This document shows, one piece after another, positions 27,705 through 35,774 of a stretch of 64,000 bases of DNA. Below the pieces are notes generated by a model that did no database searches, was not told where the DNA came from, and saw nothing but the letters and a program-made list of their open reading frames with translations. Positions within the stretch are counted from its first letter, which is position 1, and the number at the start of each line of letters is the position of its first letter. Position numbers and translations under genes: made by a program. The DNA is taken from the NCBI GenBank assembly GCA_900546315.1, contig URCP01000004.1:195-64194 (forward strand), in the 5' to 3' direction. The DNA is from an uncultured Eubacteriales bacterium (GTDB lineage Bacteria; Bacillota; Clostridia; Oscillospirales; CAG-272).

Positions 27705-28358
27705 ATGAAGAGATTTCTTGCATTCGTACTTTGCGCTGCAATGCTCGTCTGCGCAGCAGTCAGCGTAAGCGCAACTGTTTCCTTCGAGGAGAGCGAGCCG
27801 ACCGATCTCGGTACTCTCGTCGTCAAAAAGGGCGCTGCTCAGGAAGATCTTGCTGAGTTCAACGGCAGCGTCGTCAACCTCGCTCCGGGCGGCGGAAGCT
27901 TCTGCCCGAAGGCTGACTGCTGGGTTCGTTATGAGTTCAACGCTGAGAAGGCCGGCACCTATACCTTCGTTATTGAGTACGTCGCTCGTACTGGCACTGA
28001 TCGTGGTGTTGACTACGCTATCGACTCCACTGACGCGGCTAACCGTGTGCTCCTTGACCTCGACCAGTCCGCTGATCACCGTTGGGCAGTCGTGACCGAA
28101 GAGCTCACCGCTGGTACTCACAGCTTCTACCTCTTCTGCCCGACCGGTTTCGATGACAGCTCCCTCAAGAGCTGCGACGTCTATGGCTGGGCTGCATACT
28201 TCACCAAGGAAGCAGCAGCAGAGACCACCGCTGACACCGACACCAATGTTGCCGAGAACGCTCCGAGCACCGCAGATACCGCTGTGATCGCAGTTGTCGC
28301 TCTCGCAGTCAGCGCTACCGCGGCTATCGTCGTTTCGAAGAAGCGCCGCGAGTTCTGA
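27705..28358 (+). CDS. Secreted beta-sandwich (CBM-like) protein with tripartite C-terminal anchor
   Basis: It has a signal peptide (MKRFLAFVLCAAMLVCAAVSVSA) and a C-terminal TM helix AVIAVVALAVSATAAIVV followed by SKKRREF. Codon usage is like that of the ribosomal protein genes. Confidence 0.6.
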   Translation: MKRFLAFVLCAAMLVCAAVSVSATVSFEESEPTDLGTLVVKKGAAQEDLAEFNGSVVNLAPGGGSFCPKADCWVRYEFNAEKAGTYTFVIEYVARTGTDRGVDYAIDSTDAANRVLLDLDQSADHRWAVVTEELTAGTHSFYLFCPTGFDDSSLKSCDVYGWAAYFTKEAAAETTADTDTNVAENAPSTADTAVIAVVALAVSATAAIVVSKKRREF

Positions 28359-28407
28359 GTTTCGGAAATAACTGACCGTTAAGGTCGTTTGTTCGATACA
28401 TAAATAA

Positions 28408-28444
28408 CGCGCGTCCGATATGGCGGACGCGCGTTTTCCTTTTT
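28408..28444 (+). terminator. Intrinsic terminator
   Basis: The 10-bp stem CGCGCGTCCG/CGGACGCGCG is followed by TTTTCCTTTTT. Confidence 0.8.
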
Positions 28445-28456
28445 ATCAGGATAAAC

Positions 28457-28487
28457 GAAAAACCCCTCCGGAGAAAATCCGGAGAGG
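28457..28487 (-). terminator. Intrinsic terminator of rplS
   Basis: The minus strand reads CCTCTCCGGA-TTTTC-TCCGGAGGGG followed by TTTTTCG. Confidence 0.7.
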
Positions 28488-28522
28488 AATCCGTATCGGG
28501 TTCTGATGACGCAGTCAAAGAA

Positions 28523-28864
28523 TTAAAGCTGTTCCTTGACCTTGGAGCTCTTACCGACTCTGTCGCGCAGATAGTAGAGCTTAGCGCGTCTGACTTTACC
28601 GTTTCTGACGATCTCTACCTTCTCAACGTTCGGAGAATGTACCGGGAAGGTCTTCTCGACGCCGACGCCGTAGGAAACGCGTCTGACGGTGAAGGTCTCG
28701 GAGATGCCGCCGCCGTTCTTGGCGATGACAGTGCCCTCGAAGAGCTGAACTCTCTCGCGGGTACCCTCTTTGATCTTGTTGGAAACGCGGACGGTATCAC
28801 CGACGTTGATTACCGGTACGTTTTCCTTAAGCTGCTCGTTGTTCAAAGCCTTGATTAAATCCAT
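28523..28864 (-). CDS. rplS: 50S ribosomal protein L19
   Basis: The 113-aa protein reads [27 protein letters not shown]...[14 protein letters not shown]. Confidence 0.97.
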   Translation of the reverse strand: MDLIKALNNEQLKENVPVINVGDTVRVSNKIKEGTRERVQLFEGTVIAKNGGGISETFTVRRVSYGVGVEKTFPVHSPNVEKVEIVRNGKVRRAKLYYLRDRVGKSSKVKEQL

Positions 28865-28984
28865 TTTGGCTTCCTCCTTGAATTATTTTATTCAATCGTG
28901 GAAAGCATTCGTGCCGAGCCTGTGACAGAGGACTGCTTTCGTCACGCGCCTGTTCCTCCGCGTTTCGCGGCAGATACGCATAAC
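28865..28984 (-). ncRNA. Structured rplS 5' leader (possible L19 ribosomal-protein leader)
   Basis: The roughly 120-nt UTR lies between a consensus promoter and the SD and contains the hairpins CTGCCGCGAAACGCGGAG and GTGACGAAAGCAGTCCTCTGTCAC. The call rests on position and family knowledge only. Confidence 0.3.
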
Positions 28985-28990
28985 AAGTAT

Positions 28991-29019
28991 ATTATACCAC
29001 ATCCCGCGCGAAATTGCAA
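28991..29019 (-). promoter_or_regulatory. Promoter TTGCAA-17-TATAAT for rplS
   Basis: The minus strand reads TTGCAAtttcgcgcgggatgtggTATAAT. Confidence 0.6.
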
Positions 29020-29155
29020 TAGCTTTTTCAAAAAAAATCCCGCCGGTTAGAGAAAAATCCGATTTTTTCCCCGCGCGCCGGCGGAATCGAAAAAACGACG
29101 AAAAACATGTGTGGAAAACGCGTAAATATTATAATAAATTAATTCGCTAAAGTAC

Positions 29156-29184
29156 TTGACATTTTCCCGTGGTTGTGCTATAAT
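29156..29184 (+). promoter_or_regulatory. Promoter TTGACA-17-TATAAT for the SBP gene 29302..30144
   Basis: The sequence is TAAAGTACTTGACAttttcccgtggttgtgcTATAAT. Confidence 0.6.
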
Positions 29185-29301
29185 CATATGCGTAAACAGG
29201 ATCGCCGCGGTACGGGAAGTTTTCCGGGGACAGGCGCGGCGGAATGTCATCATCAAGAGTGCCCGGTTGTCATCGGGCGGTTAATGAAAGGAATTGTCAC
29301 A

Positions 29302-30144
29302 ATGAAAAGAATTCTCGCTCTCGTTCTGGCGGCTCTGACCGCCGTGGTGCTGCTCGCGTCCTGCGGCGGCTCCGCAAAGTATATTGTTCTCGAGGACAAC
29401 TTCGGCGCTGAGGAGTACGCTATAGGCTTCCGCAAGGATGACTACGCGCTCGCCGCGAAGGTCCAGGAGATACTCGACGAAATGTCGTCCGACGGAACCG
29501 CCGGAAAGATCTCGGAGACATGGTTCGGAAACAAGGACGCTTTCCTCACCGGTAAGGAATTCCCCCGCGCGATGCAGACTGTCGACGGCGACAACTCTCT
29601 CCAGTATGTCCTTGACAAGGGTACCCTTGTTCTCGGACTTGACGAGAGCTTCCCGCCGATGGGCTACCGCGATTCCAAGACCGGTGAGGTCGTCGGCTTC
29701 GATATTGACCTTGCGAAGGAAGTCGCGACCCGCCTCGGCGTCGAGCTCGTCATTCAGCCGATCAACTGGGACGCGAAGGAGCTCGAGCTGAACGGCAAGA
29801 ACATCGACCTTATCTGGAATGGCATGTCGATAACCGATGAGCGCACCGAGAATATGTTCCTCTCGAAGCCCTATATCGCGAACGCGCAGATAATCATCGT
29901 TCCGGAAGGCTCCGCCATCAAGACGAGAGCTGACCTCGCGGGCAAGAAGGTCGCGCTTCAGAGAGGTTCCTCCGCTCTCGAGGCTGTGCAGGCTGACGAG
30001 GAGACCTACAACGCAATCCTGAACGGCGGCGAGATCGTCGAGTTTGACGACAACATCACCGCGTACCTCGATCTCAAGTCCGGAAGAGTAGACGCTTTTG
30101 TTGTCGATAAGGTCGTCGGCGAGTGGATCATCAAGAATAACTGA
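29302..30144 (+). CDS. Orphan amino-acid-type substrate-binding lipoprotein (type II PBP), circularly permuted at a different point from 2067..2942
   Basis: The lipobox is LLASCGG. The N-terminal block YIVLEDNFGAEEYAIGFRKDDYALAAKVQEILDEMSSDGTAGKISETWFG matches the canonical C-terminal tail. It is followed by the canonical N-lobe (LVLGLDESFPPMGY..GFDIDLAKEVA..NGMSITDER) and middle lobe. Confidence 0.8.
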   Translation: MKRILALVLAALTAVVLLASCGGSAKYIVLEDNFGAEEYAIGFRKDDYALAAKVQEILDEMSSDGTAGKISETWFGNKDAFLTGKEFPRAMQTVDGDNSLQYVLDKGTLVLGLDESFPPMGYRDSKTGEVVGFDIDLAKEVATRLGVELVIQPINWDAKELELNGKNIDLIWNGMSITDERTENMFLSKPYIANAQIIIVPEGSAIKTRADLAGKKVALQRGSSALEAVQADEETYNAILNGGEIVEFDDNITAYLDLKSGRVDAFVVDKVVGEWIIKNN

Positions 30145-30156
30145 TTATATCTGATT

Positions 30157-30194
30157 AAAAAGGAGCTGCCGCGCGTGAGCGCGGCAGCTTTTTG
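30157..30194. terminator. Bidirectional intrinsic terminator between convergent genes
   Basis: The sequence is AAAAGG-AGCTGCCGCGC-GTGA-GCGCGGCAGCT-TTTTGC. Confidence 0.8.
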
Positions 30195-30198
30195 CATA

Positions 30199-30669
30199 TT
30201 ACGGGTTCTCGCGCAGATACGCGAGGATGTCTCCGGCGTTCGTGTTGGGCTTGACCTTTTCCATGATCTTTTCGATCTTGCCGTCCGGTGAGATCACGAA
30301 GGTGGTGCGGACGACGCCCATGCTGGTCTTTCCGTACAGCTTCTTTTCCTTCCAGACTCCGTATGCCTGTATCGCGGTGAGATCCGGGTCGGAGAGAAGT
30401 ATGAACGGGAGGTTATTTTTTTCGGCGAAGCGGGCGTGTGATGTCACGGAATCCCGGCTTATACCGATGACCGGAACGCCAAGCTTTTCAAACTCGCCGT
30501 ACTCCGCCGCGAACGCGCAAGCCTGTCTCGTGCAGCCCGGCGTGCCGTCCTTCGGGTAGAAATAGAGAACGACGCGTTTTCCGGAAAAAACAGACAAGCT
30601 GACGGCATACCCGTCCTTGTCAAAGAGGGTGAAATTCGGCGCCGCCGCGCCGACCGTTAATTCTGACAT
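30199..30669 (-). CDS. bcp: Thioredoxin-dependent thiol peroxidase (Bcp-type peroxiredoxin)
   Basis: The active-site region YFYPKDGTPGCTRQACAF is present in this 156-aa protein. Confidence 0.9.
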   Translation of the reverse strand: MSELTVGAAAPNFTLFDKDGYAVSLSVFSGKRVVLYFYPKDGTPGCTRQACAFAAEYGEFEKLGVPVIGISRDSVTSHARFAEKNNLPFILLSDPDLTAIQAYGVWKEKKLYGKTSMGVVRTTFVISPDGKIEKIMEKVKPNTNAGDILAYLRENP

Positions 30670-30704
30670 AAGATTATCCCCTTTCGGTTTAATGAACCGC
30701 CGAT

Positions 30705-30733
30705 ATTATAGCACACGTCATCCGTCTTATCAA
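30705..30733 (-). promoter_or_regulatory. Promoter TTGATA-17-TATAAT for bcp
   Basis: The minus strand reads cTTGATAagacggatgacgtgtgcTATAAT. Confidence 0.55.
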
Positions 30734-30755
30734 GCATATACTGTGTCTCCGGTGT

Positions 30756-30788
30756 AAAAAGAAAAGGTCGCCGCGAAAGGCGGCGACC
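30756..30788 (-). terminator. Intrinsic terminator of the rplU-prp-rpmA operon
   Basis: The minus strand reads GGTCGCCGC-CTTTC-GCGGCGACC followed by TTTTCTTTT. Confidence 0.8.
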
Positions 30789-30803
30789 CGATGAGATCAA
30801 AGG

Positions 30804-31082
30804 TCAAGCGGTATGAACGCTGACGGCCTTCTTGCCGCCCGCGATGTGCTCGAACTTAACAACACCGTCACCGAGAGCGAAGCGGGTGTCGGCGGTGCCG
30901 ATACCGACGTTCTTGCCGGGATGAACCGCGGTGCCTCTCTGTCTGATGATGATGTTGCCGGCCTTGACCGACTGACCGTCGGACTTCTTCACGCCGAGAC
31001 GCTTAGCTTCGCTGTCACGTCCGTTCTTAGTGGAGCCGACGCCCTTTTTATGGGCGAAAAACTGTAAGCTCAGCTTTAACAT
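30804..31082 (-). CDS. rpmA: 50S ribosomal protein L27 with cleavable N-terminal extension
   Basis: The protein starts MLKLSLQFF|[23 protein letters not shown]. The Firmicute-type propeptide precedes AHKKG. Confidence 0.97.
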   Translation of the reverse strand: MLKLSLQFFAHKKGVGSTKNGRDSEAKRLGVKKSDGQSVKAGNIIIRQRGTAVHPGKNVGIGTADTRFALGDGVVKFEHIAGGKKAVSVHTA

Positions 31083-31167
31083 TTATCTTTCCTCCGTTAG
31101 TTTTTTGCTGCGAGCGGCAAAATCCGCTCTGTCAGATGTCTCCGATGAAACACCGAACACGGTGTCC

Positions 31168-31524
31168 TCAGACGAGTTCCTCGACCACTTCAACATCAAG
31201 ATAGTCGTAGTAATCCTCGAGCATATCATTGAGCTGGTAATAATAAGCTTCGATAAGTCCCGAGATGGCGTAGCGCTTGCGCTCGTCTTCCTCGAAATCC
31301 TTCAGCGCGCCGTGAGCGACAAGAGATATGTCTGTCGTCGCTTCGTCTATCGTGTATTTCACGTCCGACGCGTACGATACCTCGATCGTGTTGATGATGA
31401 GCATTGTCATCGCCGAGAGCGCCGCGCAGAGCACGTCCTTTCCGGCCTCGTCCCAGCCGGTGTGGCCGGTCTCCTTGAAGCCGTAGAAGGTGTTATCCCA
31501 CTTATAGAATGTGATCTTGGTCAT
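31168..31524 (-). CDS. prp: Ribosomal-processing cysteine protease Prp
   Basis: The protein reads MTKITFYKW...GFKETGHTGWDEAGKDVLCAALSAMT, with the catalytic His/Cys pair, and lies between rplU and rpmA. Confidence 0.9.
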   Translation of the reverse strand: MTKITFYKWDNTFYGFKETGHTGWDEAGKDVLCAALSAMTMLIINTIEVSYASDVKYTIDEATTDISLVAHGALKDFEEDERKRYAISGLIEAYYYQLNDMLEDYYDYLDVEVVEELV

Positions 31525-31529
31525 TTTTC

Positions 31530-31841
31530 TCAGCCGACAATCTTTTCGATCTGAACCTTGGTATAGGGCTGACGATGACCGATTCTCGTCTTCTCGTTCT
31601 TCTTCGACTTGTACTTCAGGATGTAGAGCTTCTTGCCCTTGCCGTTCTTGACGACATTGGCCTCTACCTTCGCGCCCTCGACATAGGGAGCGCCCGCGGT
31701 GAAGCCTGCGTCGTTCGAGACTGCGAGAACCTTGTCAAAGGTAACCTTCGCTCCGGCCTCGACCTCAAGCTTCTCGATAAATAAAGTATCGCCTTCGTTG
31801 ACCTTGTACTGCTTTCCACCCGTTTCGATAATTGCGAACAT
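31530..31841 (-). CDS. rplU: 50S ribosomal protein L21
   Basis: The protein reads [25 protein letters not shown] with SD gaggtg. The track start at 31904 is an upstream extension. Confidence 0.95.
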   Translation of the reverse strand: MFAIIETGGKQYKVNEGDTLFIEKLEVEAGAKVTFDKVLAVSNDAGFTAGAPYVEGAKVEANVVKNGKGKKLYILKYKSKKNEKTRIGHRQPYTKVQIEKIVG

Positions 31842-31956
31842 GAAAAGCACCTCACTTTCCGAATAGTACTTCGCGTACCATAAACTCGCTGAACACGGCA
31901 TCACACCTTAATGGAAGACCAAAAGGGCGCAATTTACCAAGCCGTTATTCAAGCGG
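31842..31956 (-). ncRNA. Structured rplU 5' leader (possible L21 ribosomal-protein leader)
   Basis: The roughly 115-nt UTR lies downstream of a consensus promoter and contains the hairpin AGCCGCTTGAATAACGGCT. The call rests on position and family knowledge only. Confidence 0.3.
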
Positions 31957-31962
31957 CTCTTT

Positions 31963-31991
31963 ATTATACCACATTCAGAGCCGTTTGTCAA
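31963..31991 (-). promoter_or_regulatory. Promoter TTGACA-17-TATAAT for the rplU operon
   Basis: The minus strand reads TTGACAaacggctctgaatgtggTATAAT. Confidence 0.6.
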
Positions 31992-32044
31992 GAGCTTTCA
32001 TGTAAAAATCTCAGCTCTGTCCGGCATTTTTTCGCAAACAATGA

Positions 32045-32081
32045 ACAAAAAACCGTGAGCCTGAATACTTCGGCTCACGGT
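32045..32081 (-). terminator. Intrinsic terminator of the SLH protein gene
   Basis: The minus strand reads ACCGTGAGCC-GAAGTATTCA-GGCTCACGGT followed by TTTTTT. Confidence 0.8.
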
Positions 32082-32124
32082 CAGCTGTCACATCTTTAAC
32101 TGTCAGGATTTGTTGGCTGTTTTA

Positions 32125-34902
32125 TCACTTCACGACAACGACAGTCTGCATCTCAGCGCCGTCGACCGAGAACACAATGTGGTAGGTTCCCGCGGTCATC
32201 TCCTTCAGGCAGTCGACAGTCACGACGAGACCGCCTTCAGTCTTGTAGGAGAAGGTAAAATCAGTCTCCGGAAGGATGGTCTCCTTGCCGGTCTCGGTGT
32301 CCACAGAGGCGATACCGATGAACTTTACCGAACCGATGCCGGTGAAGTCGTCATTTGCGGTGATGGTGAATCTTCCCGCCGAATACCCGGAGCGGAAGGT
32401 CGGGTCCGCGGTCCTGATGACAGACACGACGGCGCCGTTCTTCACGATCACCTCGACGTGCTTCATGTAGGTGTCGGAGACCTTCAGCGAGGTGATATTC
32501 TCGCCGTCAATACCGATCACAGTCACATCGGAGCCGAGAGCGAAGGTCTCGCCGCCGACCGAGATCGTCGTTCCGGTGTAGCCGGTGACGATACCACTGC
32601 GGACGTCAGCCTTTTCGGAGGAGACGAGCCCGTCGACAGTCGTTAAGTAGTTCGCGCCGACAGTGAGGTCATTCTCAAGGCTGCGCATCGAATCGGTCTT
32701 TCCGGTGGTGAGGTCGAGGACGGTGTAGACCGTGTAGATCTTGCCGTCGACAAGCTCTCTGCCGGTGTTCGCGAGTATCTTGACACTCGACGCGGAGGAG
32801 TCAACGCTTCCGAGCGAACCGTCGGATATGTAGAGGTATCTGAGGGTCTCGACGCTTCCGGGATCGTTTCTGAACACCGCGGTCACGGACGCGCCGTCTT
32901 CAATGCCGATGGTCGACGCGTATCTGCCGTTCGCTATCTGGTACTTTCCGTTCTTCTTCACGATGATGACAGAGTCGGAGTCGGTGACGAAGCTGATCGT
33001 CGACTCGTTCATGCCGGTCGAGCTGACAGCGGAGGAATTGCCCTTCGAGAGGGTGTAGAACGAGCCGCCGCGGTTGATCGACGCTCCGTTCGAAGAAGAG
33101 ATGATGTACGCGATCTCGTCGTTCGAGGAATCGGACTGGACGAACTGGTCACGTCCGGAGTTCACGACTCCGCCGCTGACAGTCCACGGGATGAGGGTGT
33201 AGGTTCCGTCGCCGTCGATCGTGTAGCGGTAGACCTTGCCGGACTCGACGCTCTGATTCGTGACGAAGATGCTTGTCGACGAGCCGCCGATGTTCGCTTC
33301 GATCACATATCCGAACTTGCCGTTCGCGAAGACCGGAGAAGAGGTGCTCTCGGCGATGAGATACTTCGACGGCGCGAAGACAGAGGTGGAAGAAGACTCA
33401 ACCGCGAGGATCGCGCCGTTGTAAGCGACGACACGCGCTCTCTCACCGACGGTGAGGAGATTTCTTATCGAAGCCGCAGAAATGCCGAGCTTGTCGTTTC
33501 CGAGGGTGTATCTGACGCCGCCGATCGTCGCGGAGGTGTCGGAGAGACGGGTGACGACGCCCGACTCGCTGATCCCGAGTACAGTCTTTATCTCGAGTGT
33601 CTTGTTCTCTTCGTTGAAGTAATAGAGCACGTTGTCTCCGGAGACGGCGTTATCCGGGTTGACTATCGTGAGGTCGGATTCCTTCGCGTTGTCGGCGAGG
33701 TTGACCTTTCCGCCGGATATCTTCAGCTTGCCGAAGGAGTACGGCTTGATGATGAGTCTGTCGGCGGTCTCGCTGTTTTTGTCGTCGAATATGAGGGTCG
33801 CGTCAAAGGCTCCGAGGAGCTTTCCTAGGTCCTCACAGGTTTTGACAGCTTCGAGCTTTCCGTTCGCGCCGTAAGCGTAGACGAGTATCTCGTTCGCGTT
33901 GGTCGCGAGGGCGTCGGAGAGCTTTTCGACAACGCGGTACTTCGTGCCGTCGATCGTCACGTAGGTGTTGTTCTTCGCGACGGTGATTTCTTCAGGTGTC
34001 GTCGTCTTGCCGATTTCGGTGCATCCGAGGACGTTTACGAGCTTCGTCTTTTCGTCGCGCTTGTAGACGACGCGGAGCTTCTTTCCGAGATTTTCATCCG
34101 GTGTGCCCTTGAGTCCGAGCTCGAAGAACTTCACGGTGAGAACTCCGTCTTCACCGGAGATCGAGACATAGCCGTCTTTGGTCACGGTCTCGAGTCCGCC
34201 GATCGCCGAGGTGTTGGTCGCGGAGAGGACGCTCTCGTCCATCTCATAACCGAACACGCGCTCGATTATCGTGGTGGACTCGAAATAAGTAACGCCGTTC
34301 GACGAGGTCTTCGGGATGATATACTCAGCGGTGAGCGCGTTGTAGAGTATCCCGGCGACCTCGGCGCGGGTGAGCTCCTTCGTGTAGGAGATGTTCTCAA
34401 GCCCGTTGTCAAGGCCGAGCTTTGTCGCCGCGTCGATGAAGGTCCACGGATAGCCCTTGTTCATCGTGTCGTTCGAGTGACCGAGCGCCCTGACGATCAT
34501 CGTCATCGCGTCCTGCATGGTGATGCCGCCGGTCGGCTCGAAGGTGTTTTCGGATGTGCCGATGATGTACCCGGACGCGTTCGCCCACGAGATCGCGCCG
34601 CTGTAGGTGTCGTCATAGAGGTCGGTAAATGATGTGGTGTTGAGGCTCCCGGCTGTGTCCTTGCCGATCATGAGCCTGAAGAGCAGGAGCGCCATCTGCT
34701 CGCGGGTGACGTTGTCGTCCGGAGAGAACTCGTTCTCGCCGGTACCTTTGATGACTCCGATATCAGAGAGCAGTCCTATCTGCTCAGAGAAGGCGTTTTC
34801 CGTCCCGACGTCGCCGTAGCTGACAGCCTGGATGCCTGCCGCCATGTTTCCGGCGACGAGAAGAGCCGCGAGGGAAACAGACAGTGACTTTTTGAGTTGC
34901 AT
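32125..34902 (-). CDS. Large cell-surface protein with three N-terminal S-layer homology (SLH) repeats
   Basis: It has the signal peptide MQLKKSLSVSLAALLVAGNMAAGIQA, and the SLH repeats include FSPDDNVTREQMALLLFRLM, ITMQDAMTMIVRAL and LTRAEVAGILYNAL. The start at 34902 has SD gggagga, and the rest of the protein is beta-rich. Confidence 0.85.
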   Translation of the reverse strand: MQLKKSLSVSLAALLVAGNMAAGIQAVSYGDVGTENAFSEQIGLLSDIGVIKGTGENEFSPDDNVTREQMALLLFRLMIGKDTAGSLNTTSFTDLYDDTYSGAISWANASGYIIGTSENTFEPTGGITMQDAMTMIVRALGHSNDTMNKGYPWTFIDAATKLGLDNGLENISYTKELTRAEVAGILYNALTAEYIIPKTSSNGVTYFESTTIIERVFGYEMDESVLSATNTSAIGGLETVTKDGYVSISGEDGVLTVKFFELGLKGTPDENLGKKLRVVYKRDEKTKLVNVLGCTEIGKTTTPEEITVAKNNTYVTIDGTKYRVVEKLSDALATNANEILVYAYGANGKLEAVKTCEDLGKLLGAFDATLIFDDKNSETADRLIIKPYSFGKLKISGGKVNLADNAKESDLTIVNPDNAVSGDNVLYYFNEENKTLEIKTVLGISESGVVTRLSDTSATIGGVRYTLGNDKLGISAASIRNLLTVGERARVVAYNGAILAVESSSTSVFAPSKYLIAESTSSPVFANGKFGYVIEANIGGSSTSIFVTNQSVESGKVYRYTIDGDGTYTLIPWTVSGGVVNSGRDQFVQSDSSNDEIAYIISSSNGASINRGGSFYTLSKGNSSAVSSTGMNESTISFVTDSDSVIIVKKNGKYQIANGRYASTIGIEDGASVTAVFRNDPGSVETLRYLYISDGSLGSVDSSASSVKILANTGRELVDGKIYTVYTVLDLTTGKTDSMRSLENDLTVGANYLTTVDGLVSSEKADVRSGIVTGYTGTTISVGGETFALGSDVTVIGIDGENITSLKVSDTYMKHVEVIVKNGAVVSVIRTADPTFRSGYSAGRFTITANDDFTGIGSVKFIGIASVDTETGKETILPETDFTFSYKTEGGLVVTVDCLKEMTAGTYHIVFSVDGAEMQTVVVVK

Positions 34903-35167
34903 ATATTCTTTTTCCTCCCAAGGATTGTTTCGCGTCGGGACGGTGATGTCCCTGCCGCGTGATAATATGATATCATATTCGCGGAGAAAACGCAATAGTT
35001 TTGGGACATATGTCATCAAACTGTAAGCTACGTTCACTGCCAATTTATATTATTTGCATAATAATCCAATCCTGAATGAATAATATGGTACATCAGACGT
35101 AATATGTAAAAAAACACATTCTCTCCGGAAATGATAGCTGATATCCTGAACTCCGCGCCGGAGAACG

Positions 35168-35199
35168 CAAAAAAAGACCGCCGCTCAGAGCGACGGTCT
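35168..35199 (-). terminator. Intrinsic terminator
   Basis: The minus strand reads AGACCGTCGC-TCTGA-GCGGCGGTCT followed by TTTTTTTG. Confidence 0.75.
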
Positions 35200-35220
35200 C
35201 CGGTTTTGGGGCGGAACTGT

Positions 35221-35715
35221 TTATTTCGCGAGAAGCTCCGCTTCGACGGCGGAGAACACGGCTTCCTTCTCTGTGTCGGAGAGAATGCCGTAGACGACGT
35301 ATCTGCCGATGACCTTGACAGACGCGTTCTCGACCTTGGAGTGCTCTTCCTCGGGCATACATCCGGGCATCCATGTGTCGACGCGGGTTTTCAGGTAGGT
35401 CTCGACCTGACCTTTGAGAGCCTCGACGGTGTCGTCGGAGGACGCCTTGAATATTCCGTACTCGTCCATAGTCGAGCCGGACGCCGTGACCTTGACGATG
35501 CCTTCCTCGAAGCCGGAGGCGGCGATGCCGAGGCTGTTCTCGACGTACTCGGTTGTCATGCCGGTCATTCCGGAGGAAGCGGCGATAACCTTGTCGGCGG
35601 CTTCCGCGAGGGTCGCGACCGGAACGTCCGTCTTGTAGGAAGCGGCTTTGCCGCCGCAGGAGACGACCGCGAGCGCAATGACCGCGATCAGGATGAGAGA
35701 GAGAATTCTTTTCAT
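35221..35715 (-). CDS. Small lipoprotein (DUF4358-like)
   Basis: The lipobox is LILIAVIALAVVSCGG in this 164-aa protein. The family name is from memory. Confidence 0.6.
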   Translation of the reverse strand: MKRILSLILIAVIALAVVSCGGKAASYKTDVPVATLAEAADKVIAASSGMTGMTTEYVENSLGIAASGFEEGIVKVTASGSTMDEYGIFKASSDDTVEALKGQVETYLKTRVDTWMPGCMPEEEHSKVENASVKVIGRYVVYGILSDTEKEAVFSAVEAELLAK

Positions 35716-35774
35716 TTTTTATACCGTCCTTATATTTTTTATATCCGCGCTGTCATCGCGGTATCGTTCTGTTT

